Source: Hyphochytrium catenoides
Taxonomy: Eukaryota; Protista; Hyphochytriomycota
Length of the DNA: 64,000 bases
Reading direction: 5' to 3'
Assembly: GCA_900088475.1 (NCBI GenBank)
Contig: FLMG01001956.1
Coordinates: forward strand, 62,001 to 126,000
The notes under the pieces are model-generated. The model was not told the origin of the DNA. It did not search any database and saw nothing but the letters and a program-made list of their open reading frames with translations. Positions 1 to 9,756 of the stretch are shown here, piece after piece. Made by a program: the position numbers and the translations under genes. Position 1 is the first letter of the stretch. Every line of letters begins with the position of its first letter.

Positions 1-198
1 TTCTTTCTGTCCTTTTCCTTTCTGCCATCCACTCTTTGTAATCGGTTACTCCACTGTTCTCCTTCTTTCTGGGGCCCCTCTCTCGTTAAGATTGTCGTTG
101 CTTCTCATGGTCGTCGCTATCTACCATCTCTCTATAGAGTTTTGGTCCGTCGTCCTGGTCTCTCTGACCACCACTCTCTTCTTCCCCGGTATATGTAG

Positions 199-1684
199 TC
201 CACTACCATGAAGCTTTTGACAGGAGATGAGATGATCACAAGCGGACAAGCCTTCATCGGTGGCCGAAGCGTGACTTCCGACCAAATGGGAGTTAGGAGG
301 CTCATAGGCTACTGCCCCCAATTTGATGCATTGCTGGATCTTCTGACAGTCAGAGAACATCTGGAGCTCTTTGCAGCAATCAAGGGAGTACCACCTGAGG
401 AAGTAGAGCTGGTCGTGAGGGAGACGTTAGTGGACATGGACTTGACTAATTTTGAGCACAAGCTCACTCACACGCTCAGTGGAGGGAATAAGCGCAAGCT
501 TTCTGTGGGAATTGCTATGATCGGGTCTCCACCTGTTCTCTTCTTGGACGAACCGTCCACGGGTATGGACCCTGTGGCGCGAAGGTTTATGTGGAGCGTC
601 ATCGCGAGAGTGTCAACGGAGACGAAGGAAAGCACCGTGGTGCTGACCACTCACTCTATGGAAGAGTAAGTGGCCCCTTGATGTTAGATATGAGTATGCT
701 GCCAGCCCGGTGCCCTAACTCCTTTCTTTCTTTACACCTCTCTGCGGCTCTTTCCTTTCGTCCCTGTCCTCCCTTCATCCTCATCCTCGGCGGGCTTCTT
801 TTTTTCCCCACCTTCTCCCGCTGTCGCCTTTCTTTCTCTTTAAAAAATAGATGCGAGGCATTATGCAGCACCGTTGGCATTATGGTAGGAGGCAGACTTC
901 GCTGCTTGGGCTCGATTCAGCACCTTAAAGACAAGTTTGGGAACGCTCTGATGCTGGAACTTAAGGCATCTGACCCACCTCAGGGCGAGGTTGAAGCCCT
1001 CATGAACCAACTTCAGAAGGAACTTCTGTCCGCGTCGGAAGTCTTTGAGCTCTGTACCACTCTAGGGAAGCCTTCGCGCATCTCGCTTCTTCAGGGAGGA
1101 GCCTCCCAACTTCAAGGTCAGCTAAGCAGAGAGGGCAAAGTACCCGTGACTCTGTTTTGTACGTGGTGGATCAATCAAAATAACTTTGAGCTCTTGGCTG
1201 ACCGCCTTGAGAGGATACTGCCTGGCATCCAGCTCTTGGAGCGCCACGATCTTAAGTCTCGATGGCGAATTGAGAAGGGAGGCAAGAAGCTTGCTTACAT
1301 CTTTGAAGCTATCGAGGTAAGGAAGGTGCTTTTTATAGATAAGCTAGAAGGGCTAGGAAAGCTGATATTCCTTGTCATGGCCCCCTATGTTACTTCTTCA
1401 TGCTCTTCTCTTCATCGCCTCGAATTTGGCTGTGCACTCTGGACTCGCCGCTTGTTCTATTGGTCTTCATCGTTCTTGCCTCTCCCTCTTCTGTCTGCCA
1501 CCACCACTTCTTCTGGCCACTTACAATACTCTATCCGTAGGACCTTAAGAAGGATATCGCGATCCCTGAGTATTGTGTCAGCCAAGTCTCGTTAGAGCAA
1601 GTGTTCAATCAGTTTGCAGCTCAGCAAGATGAAGAGAAGGCGCTGGCACCGGGTATGATACTCGGTGCGGAGGCCAGCAGGTAG
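199..1684 (+). CDS. ABCA-subfamily transporter, C-terminal NBD2 and regulatory tail (5' part lies outside the window)
   Basis: Exons 199-665, 851-1316, 1541-1684 joined by GT-AG introns. Motifs [10 protein letters not shown] (end of Walker A), [45 protein letters not shown] and C-terminal [12 protein letters not shown] are ABCA hallmarks. Confidence 0.95.
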
Positions 1685-2338
1685 CAGCCCCACGAAGCTC
1701 ATAGAAATAAGGTTACTGTCGATAGTACTACCACCTTACCCGTACACATATTATAATGATAAGGTCTTTCATTGTTTATTATGTTCTTATTGCACGCCAT
1801 CATCTCTTCTTCCACATCCGAGACCTTGGTTAAGGAGTGGAAGGAGGAAAGAAAGCTAAACTATTTGGAAAAAGCCGTCGACAAAGCTGCTCTTTCCTTC
1901 ATCTGCGCTGGCCTTTCGAAAGGAAGCCAAACGACAATGTCTATACCTTGAGAAGTAAGCTATGCCCTTTGACATTCGGCACATCATGACCGGTGGACTG
2001 TGGACCTAGTTTATTGACTGGCCAGCTGTCCGGACAGGAGATTATTAACGTCCCAAAGACGGTCTTATCCAGAGTTATAGCCGTTAGCGACCATTTAGCC
2101 ACCTAATTGGATAAGTTAGTGGTCGTTACCGGGCCTACGAGACCGCCTTCTTACCATGATGGCTGATGGCTCTAGTAACGGGTTGGCTGTTGGCTTTCTT
2201 CAATGTACATACATGGTTTGCCCCTTCAACACCCGAGTGACGCTGCCAGGGAACTAGAAAGATGATTTGCAGCGGAGGACAGGTTTCGAGTCGGAAGACA
2301 TCTCTGTCTCAAGCAGTCTTGTTGGTCTGCGATTAAAG

Positions 2339-5300
2339 ATGGGGGGCACCCAATCGTGCTCTCTCGTGCCGGATCCCTCCTGCCAATGTTTGCCTGGCGA
2401 AGAGACAGTCCTTCCTTCAGGGACTTATCCTGTCTGCAGTGGATGCCATGACTTCTACCCAGTGGATGTATCGGAGTGGCTCATTGGCTTTGCAGTGGCA
2501 ATCAGCTTCATATACTTCATCACGCCAGGCTTTGCTTATCTCTTCATACGCTATTATGTCACACATTCCCTGCAAGATGTCTCGGTAAGCTTTCCCTGAT
2601 GAGAACCCCCGCGTTTAGCCTTCGGGTGTAGGGTTTAAGCGCACAGTAGGCTAATCATGGCTCCATTTATTCTACCTGAGCTAGCGCTTTCCTTTGCATT
2701 GCTCCTTACTCTGTCTCTCCAACTGCTTCAGCTTTACGCAACTCTGATATGTTTCTTGCACCGTTAACGTTGTTATCTGAACCATAGAAAAAAATGGCAA
2801 ACAGTCCATCCGCTACAGTGCCGACTATGCCAGCTCCTCCGCCTACCTACCTTACTGCCAGCGATGTCAGTTATGAGGTTCCTGGACCGAAGAGGAAGGG
2901 AGAGAAGACGCCGGAGAGAAGAACTTTGCTCTCGCAGATGACGGCCTGCTTCCGACCCTGCTCCCTCACCTGCATTATGGGTCCGACAGGTGCGAAGCAG
3001 TCAAAAGGGCAACGCTTCTTGCCGTGGTCTGAGTTCTCAATGCCATAAGTGGGTTACTATTGTAATTTCCTTTGTCTAAGGCGTGATGACACTCTTCATC
3101 ATTGACTTCTTGAGTGTGCGAGTTAGCTTGGTGCACTCAATCGTATCCAGTTCCTGACCTTTAGAACGCAAAGTATGTCTAACTACTTTTTGGTGGTTGT
3201 AGGCTGCGGGAAATCGACCACCTTGAATGTGCTAGCTGGCCGCACACGAGGCAATGGCAAGGTGACGGGCTCTATCATGCTCAATGGGTACAAGCGGGAC
3301 AAGTACTTTAAACGCGCCTCCGCATATGTCGAGCAGTTTGACAGTCTCTTCCCCTATTTGACGGTCAGAGAGACACTGCAGTATACCGCGGAATTCAGGC
3401 TGGACGTAGAGAATGAGGTGAAGGTAGCAAGGGTGGAACAGGTGAGATACTCCTGGGTAAACGCTGGGTTGTTTGCCAAGAAGCGTCGAAGTGCTCTCTT
3501 TAACTGGTTACATTGAAAGACCCCCCGCCCTTGCCTATCCAGAACTTGTCACATATCCACGCCTCTCTTTTGTCTTCTATGTCACTGCTGCCTTCCTCCC
3601 GCATTCCGATGGAGCGAAACCTAGATGAAACTGATTGCATGGGGAGTGGTTGCCCGAAGCCAGTCTTAATGCAAACTCCTATCCTTCCAACTATAGTGCC
3701 AGTGACCCTCTCCTGACTGCATTTTTAGGTCATTCGCCAATTGGATCTGGTTACGTGCGCAGACACAATCATTGGTGATGATAGTAATCCGTCCTTAAAA
3801 GGGATCTCTGGCGGTCAGAGACGGAGAGTGGCTGTTGGTCAGGAGCTACTGACTGCTCCTGCTCTTCTCTTTCTGGATGAGCCTACGACCGGGCTGGTAG
3901 GTTCCCACTTCCAATAACGTTACTTCTCTCCTTGCTCTATTTTCAACCAATATGCCTGGGTTCTTGGTTAGCCCTGCTTGTTACTGCTCGGGCTGATCTC
4001 TTGGCGTGTGGTCTGTGGAGCGTCTTTACCGTATAGTATTATTCCCATGTAACTCTTCGGTTCCCTTGCTGTCTGCTGCTCAGTCGTCAACTAACACACT
4101 CCCTACCGGGCAGGACGCTTTCGACTCATTGACGTTGGTAAGGATTCTCCGCCGCTTGGCGAATGAGTCTGGTACCACTGTCATCAGCACGATCAACCAG
4201 CCACGGCCAGATATATTCTCTCTCTTTGACAACCTGATCCTGCTTGTTAAGGGACAAGTAGGATACCTTGGCGGCATAGACGAAATTCCAGGGTATTTCT
4301 CCTCCCTGAGCCTCCATATCCCTGAAGATGCGAACGTAGCTGACTACATAGGTAAGTATAGTCGATAACTAGGTCTTACTATCGCTTACTTTTCAAGATC
4401 GAGGCCACTAGAGCATTTGACATCTTCGGCCCTCCCAAATTGCTGACGAGTGCTCTTTGCTTGCTGCCTTCTCTACCTTGGGGCTTAGTTGATCTCACCT
4501 ACGATCGCGGTGAAGGGGAGAACGACATCGTCCGCATGCTAGTGCAGGAGTATCAAACCTCAGAAATAAAGAAGCAGAGAGAGACGGAAGTCATGGAAGT
4601 CTGCAACCGCACGGCAGGAGATATCCCTGGTCCGGTGAGCGAGTTCTTTGAGCAGCGAAGAGCTGAGCTAGATGCCAAAGCTAATTATCGAGGCTCAAAG
4701 CTGAGTCAGTATTATGCGACTTACATTCACCGGCAAGTGGGAACGCTGCTCCGTCGCTCACATCGAAACTCATCGAGGACAAGTATCGTATTGCAACAGT
4801 TCCTCATCGCTTGCGCCCAGATGCTTTTCTTTGGGCTCCAGTTTCTTGGGATTAGACTCTATTCGGTGCCGTCCTTTGTTGATATCGGCTCCTTTGTGGT
4901 GACCGGAAGAGCTAAGGCATCATTCATGTACTCCATCATCAATGCGGTGTGTCTTCTGGAGGTAGACGTTATAGCAGAAGGTGGGTGTTGGGCTGTGACT
5001 GATTGAGACTTCCTGTCCCTCCGTCTTAGTCCTCTGCCTTGCAAAATTCTCCTCTACCTCCCAACTTTGCCTAGACTGGTGCACCATGAGCATATTTCTA
5101 ACCCCCAACTGCTTTCATCTCTCCTCTCCGAAACCTCACTCTTCGCCGTGCGAAATGTACGTTCAGCCTTTGTCGAAAAGCAAGTGTTTCTCAGGGAGCA
5201 TGCCAGCGGAGCCTACTCTGTTGTGTCCTACCACCTCTTCTGGATAATCAAGCTCGGTTGGCGTGGGATAAGGAATGGAGTCATTTATTCTCTCCTTTCC

Positions 5301-5849
5301 TATTTCTTAGGAGGACTGCAGATATCTCTCATTCAGTTCTTTACATTCGCCTTGGTGATGTGCATCATGTCTACCATTGGCTCCGCTTTGGCTCTTATCC
5401 TCGTGGTGGCCATTCCTGACGTGAGAGGCGCAGGTGACACTCACAATATTATCCTGGGCTTTATGGGCACCTTCGCAGGCTTCTTTCTTCTTCCGTCTCT
5501 CATTCCAAGCTTCATGCTTTATTATACGTACTACCTGAGCTTCTACCAGTATGCCTACCACGCGCTCGTGTGGAACGAGTTCAATTATGGCCCAGTCTAT
5601 AACAGCGGACAGCTCAGCGTCGAAGGCGATGTCAGTCCCGGCGCCGCCGTGGATCTGGCAAGCATTTTTCAAGTGATCTGCAACTTGAATCAGTGGGGAA
5701 ACATCCTACTCTTGCTAATCTACCCCATAGTCTTCCATGCTGTGGCGCTGCTTTTAAGTGCGCTAAACACTCGCCCAATGAGTTATTGGGCGGAAAATCT
5801 CACCTTCAAGCGGGGACTAAGAAGCTCTGTCACCCTAGATGGCGCCTAA
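2339..5849 (+). CDS. ABCG (White-family) half transporter with an extra N-terminal Cys-rich segment and TM helix
   Basis: Exons 2339-2584, 2788-2989, 3203-3441, 3729-3896, 4114-4351, 4489-4980, 5167-5849 (2268 nt, 755 aa, frame-consistent). Walker A GPTGCGKST, Q-loop AYVEQFD, signature ISGGQRRR, Walker B LFLDEPTTGLD, NBD before TMD, EKQVFLREHASGAYS and YAYHALVWNEF. Confidence 0.93.
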
Positions 5850-6119
5850 CAATGGGGCTGGGGACACTTTCGTTTACCTATCCAGGACAGATACTGACGG
5901 TAGTATCTCACACAGGATATGACTCTGTACGATCAATTATATTCAGCAGCTCGCACAAAGGTGGTCGAAAGGGAAGGCCCCGCCCACACATATGAACAAG
6001 AAGTACCATACCACCACGGGAAACACAAAAGGCATTCGCTAAATATTATACTAGACATTTCTCTACTGCCCCGACATGTGAAAATAATGTCTTATGGTCT
6101 CCGCTGATGCTTCATGTGC

Positions 6120-7136
6120 CTAAGCGAACTCAGCATAGTCTGCATGGCTTCGTCTGTCGGTTGATCTGTCGGTCACACTCCTATTGCAAGGCTCTGGAGG
6201 AGTGCAGGTTTTGCTGCAAGCTTCCGCGACAATGTTATGCAGTGTAATTGCGTCCACCACCATCTCCTTATCACTGACCAGCCTGTGGCCGTCGCCTTGG
6301 AGTTTAGAGAGATAAGAGGGATACACTATGTAGTCATAAAGGAAACCTCCACATAAAGAACCGATGCAGGGCCCAACGATGTAAACCCAGAAGCCGTTTC
6401 TGGGGCCAGGGATGGCAATAGTCCCCCATCCAGCCGCTGCAGCTACAATCCGAGGGCCGAAGTCTCTGGCAGGGTTAAAGCCTGCCTGAGTGAGAGGAGC
6501 CAATAGGCTGATCAGCGCTGCGACCGTAAAGCCAATGAAGAACGGAACTTGTTCCGAGGACGGTCGAGCAGCGTTCTTCCTATCAGTCAGGGAGCGAATC
6601 AGCACCATCAATATCATGGTGCCAAAAGCCTCAATCGCCATCGCGTGAGGAGGGGAAATATCTGTCTCGGCTAGCACTCCAGCCTTTACCACTTGGGGAT
6701 TAGGAAAGTATTCTCCGAACATCATTGCTGACAGGGTGCTGTTGTCAGCTCCTCGCTGAATGAAGTTCCGTGATTCATAGCGGCTGATCGCTGTCCCAAA
6801 AATCAACAGCACGCAGAACCCCGCAATAACGGAGCCCAAGAGTTGCGCGGACCAGTAGGGTAAAAGCTTCCATCTAGGGAATATCGATGGACAGGAGACA
6901 GCAAGAGACAAACTGACCGATGGATTCAAATGTGCCCCAGAGACATGTGCAGTTAAATAGATAGACAGAGCGACACCAAAGCCCCAGACCACCGCAACTT
7001 GCCACAACCCGACTTGAGCTTCCAGCGCCACAGCCGCTGCGACGGTCCCAGTGCCAAAGAAGGTGAGCATCCACGTCCCAAGGCACTCTGCTGCCAGTTC
7101 CCAGGCGATGACATTGATGCGACCCAACGAAGACAT
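6120..7136 (-). CDS. Major intrinsic protein, aquaglyceroporin (GlpF/NIP-like), intronless
   Basis: Single 338-aa ORF with AECLGT, SGAHLNPS, TQAGFNPARDFGPR and FWVYIVGP. The Asp after the second NPA box is the glyceroporin signature. About six hydrophobic helices. Confidence 0.96.
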   Translation of the reverse strand: MSSLGRINVIAWELAAECLGTWMLTFFGTGTVAAAVALEAQVGLWQVAVVWGFGVALSIYLTAHVSGAHLNPSVSLSLAVSCPSIFPRWKLLPYWSAQLLGSVIAGFCVLLIFGTAISRYESRNFIQRGADNSTLSAMMFGEYFPNPQVVKAGVLAETDISPPHAMAIEAFGTMILMVLIRSLTDRKNAARPSSEQVPFFIGFTVAALISLLAPLTQAGFNPARDFGPRIVAAAAGWGTIAIPGPRNGFWVYIVGPCIGSLCGGFLYDYIVYPSYLSKLQGDGHRLVSDKEMVVDAITLHNIVAEACSKTCTPPEPCNRSVTDRSTDRRSHADYAEFA

Positions 7137-7434
7137 GATACAGTGCCACCTAAATAACTGGAGGTAACACGCTGCTGTGGTGATGGAGATCTTTCTTTAT
7201 GGCAATGGGACGGCCTGATGTTGACGAGCAAAGTTATGAGATGGCCTTTCTTCTTGACGTAAAAGTAGCGTCACTGCCTCTGCCGCTTGCCTGGCTGTCC
7301 CTACCAAAGAGCCTCTTTTTTTTTCACTCTCCCAGCTTTCCCAGTCTTTATAATAGCCAAGTTCTTGAACCATTCATGTAGGTCGCTGCACTATCCGCCA
7401 TCTCACTTTAGCTCGCCTGGAGCTTGGACCCCAA

Positions 7435-7609
7435 GCTCTCTCTTTCTCTCTCTCTCTCTTCTCTCTGTCTCTCTCCCTCTCCTCTCTGTCTCTCTGTCTC
7501 TCCTCTCTGTCTGTGTGTCTCCTCTTTGTCTGTGTGTCTCCTCTCTGTCTGTGTGTCTCCTCTCTGTCTGTGTTTCTCTCTCTTCTCTCTGTCTTCCCTC
7601 TCTCTCTCT
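7435..7609. repeat. CT/CTGT-rich imperfect microsatellite (about 175 bp)
   Basis: Runs of tctc, tctgtc and ctctgtctgtgtgtctcct repeated; lies in the MIP/ArsC divergent intergenic region. Confidence 0.9.
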
Positions 7610-8766
7610 GGCTCTACAAGGTGACCTTTCTGTTGCAGGTACAGCTACTTCAGCACTCGTCTGATAAATCTCTGTTTATAAAAACCTTCGTACACCGTCG
7701 TACGATGTACACCCTCCCAATCTTATAGACTGACGGTACCTGTACCAACGAACAGCGTTGGTAGAACTAACTCCTGCAGGAACGCCAGCACACCCTCCGC
7801 CCCGCACTTTATCAGAAGAAGGTGCGAAATCTTGCCTAACCAGGGAAAGGTAAATTTCAAAGGTTTGCAACAAAGTCTGTGGTCTTCTCTATCAGGTTTC
7901 CAGACATGAAACCTACAAGGGAACAATAGTTCAATGACCCGCCCACAATCAAGAGACAAGAAGATGGGTAGTCGAAGAACAACACTGACCGTTGACTCTA
8001 GTCATCTTGTTATTGACGTATTCTGCGATGATGGAGCCATAATGGGGTGAACTATGGCCCATCTGCCACAATTAGCGTATTACTGGTAGCCTTTATACCG
8101 TCCATCGAGCCTGTCGTCCTTCAACTTTATGATACTGTTCCAAAATCATAGCCGGATCCCTAAAATCGATTCATGGGTCTGCTGAGATTCCAACAGACCG
8201 AGAGGCTTACAAGGGTGAGGGCTTTGGGTCGTTACGAATCTACAGCTGAATCTGTGCAAAGCAGATTGTAGTCGTTAGCAACTCTTTAGAGCCTGCATGG
8301 CCAGTTGACCGTTATCTGCCAAGAGGTCTCATGTCATCAGAAGATCAGAAGAGGTCCCTGCTCTTGATTTCTTGATTGGACAGATGACTCTGTCTAATTT
8401 TCTATGAGAAAAATCCGAGTTAAATGAAATAAGGCCCTTATTTATTACGGAGTATGTCAAGATAAATTTCCTAGACTTACTCTTCCTACAAGTAGTGTCT
8501 CTACAAAAACTTATTCAAGTACAATAAGTGTATGTCTCGTCTTCTGGGTGAGAGGACTTGGGTACGGGGATGCTGAACACTCGTTTTATTGATCTTCTGC
8601 CACTGTCCGAGAGAATGAGCCCGCGATGATAGACGAGCATCACGAAAGGAAGGTGCTTGTTGTCAATTAGTAGAAGCTTCCGCCCTCTCTCAAGAACAGA
8701 GCAGAATTCTTGACCACTTGTCACACCTCCAGATTGGCATTGGGAAGACAAGAAAGACGCTCCACG

Positions 8767-9756
8767 ATGGACCAAAGACATCGACTCCGAGACTACGTTG
8801 AAGTTATTGCGGCTGAGAGTTTGACAGCGAGCATTCCGGAAGAGAGGAAGGTATGCTAAACGCCAGAAGCTAAAGCTTGCCTTCAATTTGAAAATAGGAA
8901 CGCCAGTGCCATGTGCTGCTCGGGTGCCTCCATGACGAATGTGTAATCTGCTGCTCTTGTGTCTCCCATGTCCCCGACTCAACCCTATCCAAGGTCATCC
9001 TTGACCAGCTGGCAGAGTATGTCGCCAGAAAGATTCAGAAGGACGAAGAAATCAAGTTGATGTGGGTCTGTACTCATAACAGTCGGAGATCTCAGCTCAG
9101 TCAGATTTGGTGCCAGGTGAGCAGCTGGTAGGCCTCGAAGGAGGTGGAAGTAAAGCCTTAACCGACTCTGGTGTCTAAAGGTTCCTTTTTCCTTGCACCA
9201 CAAACCAGGTATTGGCCCTGCATTACGATATCCCAAAGCTCTCTTCTTTCTCTGCTGGAACCGAGGTAACGTCTTTTCATCCTAATACTCTGGAGCCACT
9301 GCGTGATAGCGGGATAAGAATCAACAGCACTTCTGGGGAGTCAGCCAACCCCAAGTATGAGATTATCTTTGATCTCGGAAAGTCTGGTCAAGGGAGTCTG
9401 ATCTGCTTCTCTAAGCTGATCAAAGACGAGAGCAACCCGAGGGATAAATTCGCGGCTATAATGACGTGCACGTAAGTCACTTGCCTGAGCTTTTGAAAGC
9501 ACCTGATAACTTGAGCTGTAGCTGAAGACTCATTGCGTCACTACGATTCTCCTTTGTATTGTGCGTTAGGAGTGCCGATCGCGGCTGCCCCATCGTAAGC
9601 GGCGCTGAGAAGCGGATCGCCCTGCCCTTCACCGATCCCAAGAGCGCGGACGGTACGCCCGACCAGGCGCAAGCCTATGCACGTACCTCCCGACAGATCG
9701 CTCAGGAGCTTGCCTATGCTTTTGAGAAGGCAAAGCAGATGACTAGTAGGGCATAA
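8767..9756 (+). CDS. arsC: Arsenate reductase, LMW-PTP fold, thioredoxin-coupled ArsC type (CTHNSRRS subfamily)
   Basis: Exons 8767-8850, 8994-9116, 9209-9471, 9570-9756 (657 nt, 218 aa). IPEERK|VILDQLAEY, P-loop WVCTHNSRRSQ (CX5R), SAGTE, NPKYEI, resolving pair MTCTSADRGCP (CX6C), and FTDPK. Confidence 0.88.

Noticed and set aside
591-1595. 334-aa ORF as a standalone gene
   Set aside because: It is ABCA exon 851-1316 read through flanking introns.
7287-7728. Hydrophobic Leu/Ser/Cys-rich ORFs in three frames
   Set aside because: They are translations of the CT microsatellite, not membrane proteins.
8337-8443. Short inverted repeats (aaataag-gcc-cttattt; imperfect atcagaag../..cttgat) as ArsR-like operators
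   Set aside because: No ArsR is encoded here, the locus is eukaryotic, and 7-bp palindromes arise by chance.
199-9756. Treating ABCA+ABCG+MIP+ArsC as one four-gene detoxification cluster
   Set aside because: The known arsenic-thiol pumps are ABCC-type; only proximity links ABCA and ABCG to the pair.
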